A DNA stretch of 64,000 bases from a virus (lineage: Duplodnaviria; Caudoviricetes). Below are positions 30,446-39,251 of the stretch, piece after piece. A program made the translations under genes and the position numbers. Below the pieces are notes generated by a model. That model was given only the letters and a program-made list of their open reading frames with translations, did no database searches and was not told where the DNA came from. The stretch lies in the IMG/VR virus record IMGVR_UViG_3300022752_000013; one strand, written 5' to 3'. Every line of letters begins with the position of its first letter. Position 1 is the first letter of the stretch.

Positions 30446-30783
30446 TGCGTATCGACGAAGTTGGCAACGGCCGGTCAGATGACACAGCCGCTCGACTTTT
30501 AGGCTTGGCCGAATTCTTATTGGGCCGAGCACGAGACACAGGTGGCCAAAAACAAATCAGCATGCAGACTTTTTTGAATCTGGCTCATAACATGCAGATT
30601 GATCTTACCCCAGAAACTCTTCAGAACATGGCCAGCCAGGCACCTCTCAATGGCGTGTTCATGCCCATTGAACCCAATTCGGGTGTGATCAAATTCAAAG
30701 GCAATGATTCTGGTACTGTGCCCATGCCGGTGAACCAAGCCCAAGACATTGTGGCTGCGGCAGCCAAACGAGCATTAAAATAA
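30445..30783 (+). CDS. Hypothetical protein
   Basis: TAATG coupling. Confidence 0.7.
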   Translation: MRIDEVGNGRSDDTAARLLGLAEFLLGRARDTGGQKQISMQTFLNLAHNMQIDLTPETLQNMASQAPLNGVFMPIEPNSGVIKFKGNDSGTVPMPVNQAQDIVAAAAKRALK

Positions 30784-30805
30784 ATCAAATATAGTCAACT
30801 AACGA

Positions 30806-30834
30806 TTGACCTAACATGTTAAATAGTGTATACT
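30806..30834 (+). promoter_or_regulatory. Sigma70-type promoter of the isc genes
   Basis: TTGACC-N17-TATACT; -35 is one arm of a GTCAA/TTGAC inverted repeat. Confidence 0.7.
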
Positions 30835-30853
30835 CAACTATGGGGAGGCGTAT

Positions 30854-30985
30854 ATGAAACTGCGTAAATTAAGAGACAAATTATATCATGCCATCTTCAA
30901 ACATGATAGTGCTAAAGAAAAAAAAGTTTGGTTCAAGATCCTTAAAAAATCTACCAAACACAAACACACTGAGGACATACGATAA
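30854..30985 (+). CDS. Small basic protein (43 aa)
   Basis: Read by hand; SD GGAGG; MKLRKLRDKLYHAIF...; TAATG coupled to iscU. Confidence 0.6.
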   Translation: MKLRKLRDKLYHAIFKHDSAKEKKVWFKILKKSTKHKHTEDIR

Positions 30986-31368
30986 TGGCATATTCAGATC
31001 GAGTGATTGATCACTACGAAAATCCACGTAACGTGGGTAAATTTGAAATTGACGATACCGTTGGTACCGGCATGGTTGGTGCGCCTGCTTGCGGTGACGT
31101 AATGAAGTTGCAGATAAAAGTAACAGATGGGATTATCACAGATGCAAGATTCAAAACATATGGATGTGGAAGCGCAATCGCGAGTTCTAGCCTCGTTACG
31201 GAATGGGTCAAAGGTCGTACACTTGAAGAAGCAGGATCCATTCGAAATAGCCAAATTGCTGAAGAACTTGCTCTTCCACCAGTCAAAATCCACTGTTCCA
31301 TCTTGGCCGAAGACGCCATCAAAGCCGCAGTAGCAGACTATCGCAAAAAGCATGATCTCGTTCACTGA
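30985..31368 (+). CDS. iscU: Fe-S cluster scaffold IscU
   Basis: YSDRVIDHYENPRNVG, APACGD, GCGSAIAS, LPPVKIHCS. Confidence 0.95.
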   Translation: MAYSDRVIDHYENPRNVGKFEIDDTVGTGMVGAPACGDVMKLQIKVTDGIITDARFKTYGCGSAIASSSLVTEWVKGRTLEEAGSIRNSQIAEELALPPVKIHCSILAEDAIKAAVADYRKKHDLVH

Positions 31369-31675
31369 TACAGCACGGAACAAAATACAAAAGTTAGTTA
31401 CAACCAAAAACTATGCTGGTATTCGTCTTGGGGTTAAAACCACAGGTTGCTCCGGGCTTGCTTATGTGTTAGAGTATGTTCGAGAATACACATCGGAACA
31501 GTATGTTATCAATTATGCACAGCCAGAATTTGTTGTGCTAGTAAATCAAAAAGACAACGTGTATCTTCAAAACATGACAGTAGACTATGTGCGCCAGGGT
31601 CTTAACGAAGGCTTTGAATTCTCAAACCCCAATGAGCGTGACCGTTGCGGTTGCGGAGAAAGTTTTCGAATATAG
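31352..31675 (+). CDS. iscA: Fe-S cluster assembly accessory protein IscA
   Basis: GCSGLAY, CGCGESF. Confidence 0.93.
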   Translation: MISFTDTARNKIQKLVTTKNYAGIRLGVKTTGCSGLAYVLEYVREYTSEQYVINYAQPEFVVLVNQKDNVYLQNMTVDYVRQGLNEGFEFSNPNERDRCGCGESFRI

Positions 31676-31715
31676 TTGACAGTTGGACTATAATAGTCTA
31701 TAATTGACTATAATT
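31676..31715 (+). promoter_or_regulatory. Sigma70-type promoter with triple TATAAT repeat
   Basis: TTGACA (31676)-N17-TATAAT (31699); G(A/T)CTATAAT three times at 10-bp period. Confidence 0.75.
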
Positions 31716-32432
31716 ATGTATAATCCAAAATTCGACTATCAGCCTATTCCCCGAGTCACAATAGAGGGTCGGCGTTACTATGCCACCCCTGACGGCAACA
31801 ACTTGCCGTCAGTGACCACAATCCTAGACAAAACAAAACCCCCAGAAAAAGTCGAAGCACTAAACCAATGGCGACGTCGTGTGGGCGCAGAAAAAGCACA
31901 GCAAATCACAACTGAAGCAGCCAATCGTGGCACACGTATGCACACGTATCTTGAGCAGTATGTCAAGGAGGGTGCTATCAAAGAGCGCGGATCAAATCCT
32001 TTCTCGTGGCCCAGCCATGTGATGGCAGAAACTGTGATTAGAGATGGCCTTAAAAATGTCAGTGAATTTTGGGGCATTGAAGTTCCGCTATATTTCCCCA
32101 GCATTTACGCAGGCACAACAGATGGCGCAGGTATACATTTGAATGAAGAATCCATACTGGATTACAAACAAACCAACAAACCCAAAAAGCGCGAATGGAT
32201 TGATGATTACTTTGTGCAACTGTGTGCCTACGCAGAAGCACACAACGAATTACATGGTACACGAATACGCAAAGGCGTGATTTTGATGTGTGTCAAACCC
32301 GATCTAGATGAGCAACACAATATCATTGGCGAGCCACAATATCAGGAATTTGTGCTGGAAGGCGCAGAGTTTGATCGTTACCGAGATCTATGGTGGAAAA
32401 AGGTCGAACAGTACTACATGCTAAATATGTAA
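31716..32432 (+). CDS. PD-(D/E)XK exonuclease (phage Cas4-like superfamily)
   Basis: LPSVTTIL, RGTRMH, GIE, AGTTD, LDYKQ, QLCAYA. Confidence 0.85.
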   Translation: MYNPKFDYQPIPRVTIEGRRYYATPDGNNLPSVTTILDKTKPPEKVEALNQWRRRVGAEKAQQITTEAANRGTRMHTYLEQYVKEGAIKERGSNPFSWPSHVMAETVIRDGLKNVSEFWGIEVPLYFPSIYAGTTDGAGIHLNEESILDYKQTNKPKKREWIDDYFVQLCAYAEAHNELHGTRIRKGVILMCVKPDLDEQHNIIGEPQYQEFVLEGAEFDRYRDLWWKKVEQYYMLNM

Positions 32433-32451
32433 TATCCAAAGGACTATCACC

Positions 32452-33012
32452 GTGGCAATTGTACAAGTATCTCGAATCACAAATCGTAAAGGTCTAGCAG
32501 AAAATGTGCCGCAACTGGCCGGCGCAGAACTTGGCTGGGCCATCGATGAACGTAGACTGTTTATCGGCAACGGCACCCTGCAAGAAGGCGCCCCTGTCAT
32601 TGGCAACACAGAAGTGCTCACTGAGTACTCAGACGTGTTCACTGGTCGCACACAGTTTTCGTTTGGCAACTATGTTGTAAATGCAGGAACCACTGCAACC
32701 TTGGCCAACAATGCCACCACAGAAACGGTGTTTACCATTGACGCCAGCACAATTCCAGCGTTTGAAGTAAAATACATGATACGCCGGGGCGTTTTTACTA
32801 GAACCGGCACATACATTGTTGTAGGCAGTACAGATGGTTCTGGTAGTCTGCCAACCCCAGTGGATGCTAATCCTTTACAAAACGGATCTACCGGCGTCAC
32901 CTTCACAGTGACTGAAAGCGCCAGCACTATTACATTTGCTTACTCCAGCACCAACACAGGTGTAACTGGAACTCTTTATTATTCTATCAGTTACTTTTTA
33001 CCTACAGTTTGA
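32452..33012 (+). CDS. Virion structural protein
   Basis: GTG start MAIVQVSRITNRKG, GELGW..D..RLFIG motif; late promoter. Confidence 0.6.
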   Translation: MAIVQVSRITNRKGLAENVPQLAGAELGWAIDERRLFIGNGTLQEGAPVIGNTEVLTEYSDVFTGRTQFSFGNYVVNAGTTATLANNATTETVFTIDASTIPAFEVKYMIRRGVFTRTGTYIVVGSTDGSGSLPTPVDANPLQNGSTGVTFTVTESASTITFAYSSTNTGVTGTLYYSISYFLPTV

Positions 33013-33437
33013 TGTGGCCGCTTACATTTGAACAGCGCCTACATGCGTGGGGCGCTCTTCGCGAAACAGTACAACACGCACCGGTTGAACAAGTCCTTAC
33101 CGAAGTCAATACCTGGTGGTTTCAAGCACCTTGGCGAGCATATCATTTGCACTGGGATGATCGGCCAAACTGGCCAGATCCTTGGGAACTTTTAAGCGAT
33201 AATATCTATTGTGATCTTGCTCGCGGGCTGGGAATCCTGTATACTATAACTCTGCTGGATCGTGCTGATCTGCAGGATTCAATATTGGCGGAATCAGATC
33301 AGGGCAATTTAGTCCTGGCACAGCAAGGGAAATATATATTGAATTGGGACTCGCAACAAGTGTTAAATATCAATCCAGGGCAGATCAAGGCCCAGCACAG
33401 CATAACGCAAGAACAAATACAACAACAAATCGGATAA
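33012..33437 (+). CDS. Conserved hypothetical protein
   Basis: WPDPWEL....YC..ARGLG motif. Confidence 0.7.
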   Translation: MWPLTFEQRLHAWGALRETVQHAPVEQVLTEVNTWWFQAPWRAYHLHWDDRPNWPDPWELLSDNIYCDLARGLGILYTITLLDRADLQDSILAESDQGNLVLAQQGKYILNWDSQQVLNINPGQIKAQHSITQEQIQQQIG

Positions 33438-33439
33438 CA

Positions 33440-34915
33440 ATGAAGCAAATTATAGTACAAAAACGCAGTGGTAGCCGCGAGCCACTTGCATTGGAAAAAT
33501 GGCAAGCACAAATAGCCAAGGTTTGTGCAGGCATAGCGGATGTCAGTCAAAGCATGATTGAGATCAAAGCCCAGTTGCATTTTTATGATGGCATCACAAC
33601 CAAAGAAATCGACGGCATCACACTCAGAGCCATAGTGGACCTGATTGACGTAGAATCAAACCCTGATGTGGGCCACACCAACTATCAGTTTGTGGCAGGC
33701 AAGCAACGACTATCAATGTTGCGTAAAGATGTATACGGTTCATACGATCCTCCTCACCTGTATGAGATTGTGAAGCGGAATGTGGCCACTGGCCTGTACA
33801 CTCCTGAACTCCTGGAATGGTACTCAGAGGAAGACTGGAATCGCATGGAAGACATGATTGATCATGTGAAGGACGAACAGTATTCATATGCGGCAGTGGA
33901 ACAACTGATTGAAAAGTATCTGGTCAAGAATCGTTCAACAAAAGAAATTTACGAAACACCACAAGTGCGTTACATGATTGCGGCTGCCACGGTGTTCCAC
34001 ACGGAAGAACCCAACACAGCCCGTATGCGTTACATAAAGGAATACTACAATGCCGCAAGTGATGGATTATTTACCCTTGCTACTCCCGTCCTTGCTGGTC
34101 TCGGTACCCCTACTAAGCAATTCAGTTCGTGCGTACTCATTAGGAGTGATGATGACCTGGATAGTATTTTTGCTAGTGGTGAAATGATGGCCAAGTATGC
34201 CAGCAAACGTGCTGGCATTGGCTTAGAAATTGGACGACTACGTCCACTAGGGTCGCCCATACGTGGCGGCGAAATCATGCACACCGGCATGATACCATTT
34301 TTAAAGAAGTGGTTCGGCGACTTACGCTCATGCTCACAAGGAGGTATTCGCAATGCAAGTGCTACTGTATTTTATCCCATTTGGCATCATCAGTTTGATG
34401 ATCTTATTGTTCTTAAGAACAATCAAGGAACCGAAGAAACCCGAGTCCGGCACATGGATTATGGGGTTGTGCTTAGTGCTTTCTTCTGGAGACGATTTAA
34501 AAACAAAGAAAACATAACATTCTTTGATCCCAACCAGGTACCTGATCTGTATGAAGCGTTCTATGCCAACACTGAACGTTTTGAAAAACTTTATGTCGAG
34601 TATGAAAAGCGTCGAGACCTGCGTACCAAGACCATGAGCGCGGAAGAAGTGTTCAAGTCAGGCATACTCAAAGAGCGCACTGACACCGGTCGCATCTATC
34701 TAGTGTTCATTGACAACGTTCAGAATCAAGGTCCGTTTGATACTGAGTACCATACCATTTATCAGAGTAACTTATGCCTGGAGATTTTGCTCCCAACAAA
34801 ATCTTTCAAGCGAATGAATCCTGAACGCAAGTTGATTAGAGTTAAAAAGTCCAATGTTAATGAGTTTATGAAAACTAAACCCACAGACATAGTTAAAATT
34901 AGGAAAATAAAATAG
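33440..34915 (+). CDS. nrdA: Class Ia ribonucleotide reductase alpha subunit, N-terminal fragment (NrdA-a)
   Basis: ATP cone, QFSSC, SNLCLE active-site loop; then a non-RNR basic tail and stop. Confidence 0.93.
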   Translation: MKQIIVQKRSGSREPLALEKWQAQIAKVCAGIADVSQSMIEIKAQLHFYDGITTKEIDGITLRAIVDLIDVESNPDVGHTNYQFVAGKQRLSMLRKDVYGSYDPPHLYEIVKRNVATGLYTPELLEWYSEEDWNRMEDMIDHVKDEQYSYAAVEQLIEKYLVKNRSTKEIYETPQVRYMIAAATVFHTEEPNTARMRYIKEYYNAASDGLFTLATPVLAGLGTPTKQFSSCVLIRSDDDLDSIFASGEMMAKYASKRAGIGLEIGRLRPLGSPIRGGEIMHTGMIPFLKKWFGDLRSCSQGGIRNASATVFYPIWHHQFDDLIVLKNNQGTEETRVRHMDYGVVLSAFFWRRFKNKENITFFDPNQVPDLYEAFYANTERFEKLYVEYEKRRDLRTKTMSAEEVFKSGILKERTDTGRIYLVFIDNVQNQGPFDTEYHTIYQSNLCLEILLPTKSFKRMNPERKLIRVKKSNVNEFMKTKPTDIVKIRKIK

Positions 34916-34944
34916 TAGGTAATAGTATTACAAGGTAGAACATT

Positions 34945-35316
34945 ATGAACAAAAATATAAGAGATTACATCAACTTAATAGAAACCGCCCAGCAAGGTGT
35001 GGCCGAAGGCTTGAACGAATTTGCACCAGATGGATTTAACGGTGGCAATGACGGCGAAGAGTTTAGTCCGGAAATCGCCAAGATGGCACAAGAAGATGGC
35101 TTTACAAAAGGTGCGAGTCTTGCTGACGGTGCAACATTAGAACGAGCAATTACTATTAACCACTGGCACGACCAACACGGTGGTATGTATAAACAATACT
35201 TTGCTAAAGGCTTCAAACAAGGTCGTATGAATAAAATCCGTCACGACAATAAACAATATAATCTCAACTTGAAGTTGATGAAAGACGGTAGCATTAGACG
35301 TGGAGAACAGAAATGA
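34945..35316 (+). CDS. Hypothetical protein inside split nrdA (putative head-packaged protein)
   Basis: INLIE, QGVAEG, LNEFAP motifs. Confidence 0.7.
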   Translation: MNKNIRDYINLIETAQQGVAEGLNEFAPDGFNGGNDGEEFSPEIAKMAQEDGFTKGASLADGATLERAITINHWHDQHGGMYKQYFAKGFKQGRMNKIRHDNKQYNLNLKLMKDGSIRRGEQK

Positions 35317-35516
35317 ACGAACAAGTTAAAATACTTTGGGCTAAGGCAGCCGAATCAAACTTTGGCGATAGTTGGGAAGAACAAACTGCCTTTATGTCTA
35401 AGTTCGCCGAGTTGATTGTGAGAGAATGTGCCGATATTGCTAATGCTGGTATTGATCCTGCTGAATCACATTTGATCGGCGATGATATTTTAAAACATTT
35501 CGGAGTTGAAGAATGA
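35313..35516 (+). CDS. Small hypothetical protein inside split nrdA
   Basis: KFAELIVRECA...LKHFGVEE; ATGA-coupled at both ends. Confidence 0.75.
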   Translation: MNEQVKILWAKAAESNFGDSWEEQTAFMSKFAELIVRECADIANAGIDPAESHLIGDDILKHFGVEE

Positions 35517-36532
35517 ACAAATTATATGAAGAAATAGAATGTCTACCGGAAGAACTGGATGATGAATACGAATACTACGAGATTGACGAAGCAGAGGGTA
35601 GAATCGCCCTGTGTACGCTGGGAAGTATTAACTGGGGTGCATTCAGGAATCCTGAAGACATGCGCCGTGCTTGTAGAATTCTGCAGAGATCCTTGTGTAA
35701 TATTCTTGACTACCAAGACTTCCTGTCAATCCAATCGCAGTTATCAAATGACGAAATCCAGCCGCTTGGTATCGGTCTTACTAACTTGGCTTACTGGCAT
35801 GCCAAGCGCGGACTCCAATATGGTAACAAGGACGCTTTGGCCGAAGTCAAGTCGTGGATGGAACATCAGGCTTTCTACCTTACCGAAGCCACAGTTGAAC
35901 TTGCTAAAGAGCGGGGCCGTTGCAAAGATTCGGACCGCACCTGGTACGGTCGTGGTATCTTTCCCTGGGAACGACGGGCCAAAGGAGTCAATGAACTCAC
36001 GGACTTCTCTCCTGAACTGAACTGGGAAAGCCTACGTGCTGACATGCGAGCATATGGTGTGCGCAATGCCACACTGATGGCTATTGCTCCTGTTGAAAGT
36101 TCTAGCGTGGTAATCAACTCAACCAACGGCATTGAAATGCCAATGAGTTTAATATCAGTTAAGGAATCAAAAGCAGGAAGCCTTACGCAGGTTGTGCCTG
36201 AGTACCACAAGTTGAAAAACAAATATCAAATGATGTGGGCACAAAAGGACTGTGATGGTTATTTGAAAACAGCGGCTGTGTTAGCGGCCTATGTTGATCA
36301 ATCAATCTCAACCAACACATTCTACAACCCAGCACACTTTGCAGATCGTAAAGTTCCCACAACATTGATTGCTAAAAATCTAATGCAGGCACACCATTGG
36401 GGGATTAAGACCTTCTATTATAGCCTTGTGAATAAGCAAGGATCAAAATCTACAGATGAAACCGCTCCTAATACGCCACTTGAACAGATCGACTTTGATG
36501 ACGAAGATTCCTGCGAAAGTTGTAAACTTTGA
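35513..36532 (+). CDS. nrdA: Class Ia ribonucleotide reductase alpha subunit, C-terminal fragment (NrdA-b)
   Basis: Acidic leader then EGRIALCTL, APVESSS, DQSIS, KTFYY, terminal CESC. Confidence 0.93.
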   Translation: MNKLYEEIECLPEELDDEYEYYEIDEAEGRIALCTLGSINWGAFRNPEDMRRACRILQRSLCNILDYQDFLSIQSQLSNDEIQPLGIGLTNLAYWHAKRGLQYGNKDALAEVKSWMEHQAFYLTEATVELAKERGRCKDSDRTWYGRGIFPWERRAKGVNELTDFSPELNWESLRADMRAYGVRNATLMAIAPVESSSVVINSTNGIEMPMSLISVKESKAGSLTQVVPEYHKLKNKYQMMWAQKDCDGYLKTAAVLAAYVDQSISTNTFYNPAHFADRKVPTTLIAKNLMQAHHWGIKTFYYSLVNKQGSKSTDETAPNTPLEQIDFDDEDSCESCKL

Positions 36533-36577
36533 TTAGTAAATAATAGTATTATTATTGTCTATTAGATAAATAATAGT

Positions 36578-37324
36578 ATGAATTACAAAAAACACTACGA
36601 TATGTTAATTGAAAGAAGCCGCACTAGAACTCTTACAGGATATGTTGAAAAGCATCATATTATTCCTAAGTGCCTGGGCGGTTCTGACGATAAAGATAAC
36701 ATTGCAGTATTAACACCAGAAGAACATTTTTTAGCACATCAACTATTAGTTAAGATATATCCTAATAGTCCTCCTTTAATAAACGCCGCGGTTATAATGA
36801 CAACTCATCATACTGAATCTAGAGCAAATAATAAATTATTTGGTTGGTTGAGACGCCGAGCATCCGAATACAGAAAAGAGTGGTTGCTAGAGAATGGACA
36901 TCCTAAGGGAATGTTAGGAAAGCATCACAAACTTGAAAACATTAACAAGATTACATCAGGTATAAAACAGAAAGCAGTTGAAAAGAGAATAGAAGTATAC
37001 ACATACAATCTAGATGGGTCTTTTTATAAAAAATATGATTCCTTAATAGAATGTGCTCAGGACTTAAAAACAAATGCATCAAATGTAAAGTATACAGCAG
37101 AAGGAAACTTTGGTCATTGTAAACAAAAACAAATAAGATATGAGTTTTTTGAAAATATAGAGCCATATGTTAAACCATCTCCTCTTAAAGGTAAAAAGAA
37201 AACTGAAGAACACAAATTAAATCAAAGCAAAGCAATGAAAGGTCGTACTCGCAGTGATGAGTGGAAAGCGGCACATAGTAATGCAATGAAGAAATACCAC
37301 GCAGAGAAAACGGAAACAGTATGA
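36578..37324 (+). mobile_element. mobE: Free-standing MobE-like HNH homing endonuclease with NUMOD-like C-terminal motifs
   Basis: MNYKKHY..LI, EKHHIIPKCLGG.D...N...LTPEEH..AH; located between nrdA and nrdB. Confidence 0.85.
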
Positions 37325-37518
37325 ACAGTGTAGAAAAGATCTGGGCTCGGGCCACCGGGCATCTAATGGGTGAGAGTGATCATGACCGTCCAGATGTGCC
37401 TATATTAACCTTGAGAGAAGCCCGAATAGCCTTGTTTTTCAAAACATTTTGGGTTATAATACATGTTATAACCTGCGGTTTCATTATAGCCAACACAATT
37501 AGACACTGGAACAATTAA
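37321..37518 (+). CDS. Small membrane protein
   Basis: WARATGHLMG...one TM segment...NTIRHW. Confidence 0.7.
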   Translation: MNSVEKIWARATGHLMGESDHDRPDVPILTLREARIALFFKTFWVIIHVITCGFIIANTIRHWNN

Positions 37519-38139
37519 ATGTTAGAAACCTGTTGTGATATATTAGTCGATGCGTACAAACGCAATTGGATAACCAGTAGAGATGGCAACATCTCTATTC
37601 GTCATCACGACCGTGATCACTTCTATATCACACCGTCGGGTGTGCGTAAGCAGACAATGCAACCGGATCAATTCAAGAAGATCGGTATTCACGGACTGTT
37701 GTGGCAAGAAGAATATTATACTGATATCAGTGCTAATCTAAAACCCAGTGGAGAGATTCCGTTGCACTTTGGCCTACAACGAGCAATGGGGCAACACAAG
37801 GATGATGTGCGGGTAGTAGTGCATGTGCATCCGACCTATTGCATCGCGGCCATGCATGCTGGTATTGATTTGAGCACTATTAGCGATAGTTTTCCAGAAC
37901 TCAATCGTTACACACGAGTAGCACCCAATGTGGGAGATGTGGCACCTATCAGTCAAGAACTTGCTGATGCGTGTCATCGTAATCTGGGATTAGACCCAGC
38001 AGGCAATATCAAATTTGATATTGTGGGTATCAAGGGGCATGGAGTAGTGGCCATTGATGTCACACCATGGCGTGCCTATGAGCACATTGAAAGATTAGAA
38101 CACATTTGCAAGATAGTACTTGCATCAGGAAAATATTAA
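37519..38139 (+). CDS. Class II aldolase/adducin-family protein
   Basis: DGNISIR, ITPSG, SGEIPLH, HVHP, GHGVV. Confidence 0.9.
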   Translation: MLETCCDILVDAYKRNWITSRDGNISIRHHDRDHFYITPSGVRKQTMQPDQFKKIGIHGLLWQEEYYTDISANLKPSGEIPLHFGLQRAMGQHKDDVRVVVHVHPTYCIAAMHAGIDLSTISDSFPELNRYTRVAPNVGDVAPISQELADACHRNLGLDPAGNIKFDIVGIKGHGVVAIDVTPWRAYEHIERLEHICKIVLASGKY

Positions 38140-38140
38140 A

Positions 38141-39243
38141 ATGAGTCGAGCACAATACAATTTAAAAACAAAAACAGATTATCTCAATCGCAAGATGTTT
38201 CTTGACCCAGCAGGTCCAGTGACAGTTCAACGATTTGAAGAAGTCAAGTACAACAAATTGGTCAAGTACGAGCAAGAAGCACGTGGCTTCTTTTGGGTAC
38301 CAGAAGAAATTTCACTGACCAAAGACGCACAAGATTTTAAAGATGCCTCAGATACTGTCAAGCATATCTTTACATCAAACTTGTTACGTCAAACTGCACT
38401 GGACAGTTTGCAAGGACGTGGTCCTAGCCAAATCTTTACACCTGTTGTTTCAATTCCCGAACTTGAAGCCCTGGTCTACAACTGGACATTCTTTGAAACC
38501 AATATCCACTCACGTAGTTACAGTCACATCATTCGCAACATCTACAACGTGCCCAAGGATGTGTTCAACACAATCCACGACACACAAGAAATTATTGATA
38601 TGGCTAGCAGTGTGGGCAATCATTACGATGCATTGCATGTGATCAACTGTCGTAAGGAAGCAGGCGAAATAATTACAGAGAATGAACACATCCGAGCAAT
38701 CTGGTTGGCACTCAATGCCAGTTACGCACTAGAAGCATTCCGTTTCATGGTATCATTTGCCACAAGCCTGGCCATGGTAGAGAATCGTATCTTTATTGGC
38801 AATGGCAATATTATTCAATTGATCCTGCAAGATGAAGTGCTACACAAAGAGTGGACTGGTTGGTTGATCAATCAAGTGGTCAAAGAAGATGCTCGCTTTG
38901 CAGAGATTAAGGCCGAATGCGAAGGCGAAGTATATCAAATGTACCTGGATGTGATCCGTGAAGAAAAAGCCTGGGCTGACTACTTGTTCAACAAAGGTCC
39001 TGTAATTGGTCTCAATGCAAACATTCTCAAAGACTTTGTGGACTTCACTGCATTCAATGCACTCAAAGAAATCGGAATCAAGTATACTGAAGAACATCCA
39101 CGCTCCACCCCCATACCTTGGTTTACAAGCACGTGGACACCAGTAAGAAACAAACTGCACTGCAAGAGAACGAATCAACTAACTATGTTATCGGAGTTAT
39201 GAGTGACAGCATTGACTACGACGAATTACCAGAACTATCTTAA
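38141..39243 (+). CDS. nrdB: Class Ia ribonucleotide reductase beta subunit; apparent 1-nt deletion near 39125
   Basis: FFWVPEE, ETNIHSRSY, LEAFRF, QDEVLH; canonical tail continues in shifted frame to TAA at 39241-39243. Confidence 0.9.
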
Positions 39244-39251
39244 GGAAAAAT

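Noticed and set aside
31716-32432. CRISPR-associated Cas4
   Set aside because: Only two Cys (no four-Cys Fe-S motif), no cas neighbours and no repeat-spacer array in the window; it is a stand-alone phage exonuclease.
34800-35600. Group I or II intron in nrdA
   Set aside because: The interval is almost fully occupied by coupled ORFs. No P7 R/S elements, GUGYG start or domain V were seen, and both fragments have their own stop and start.
34780-35620. Split intein at the nrdA break
   Set aside because: No Cys/Ser-initiated intein N-block after the extein and no His-Asn before the C-extein; the tails are too short for a HINT fold.
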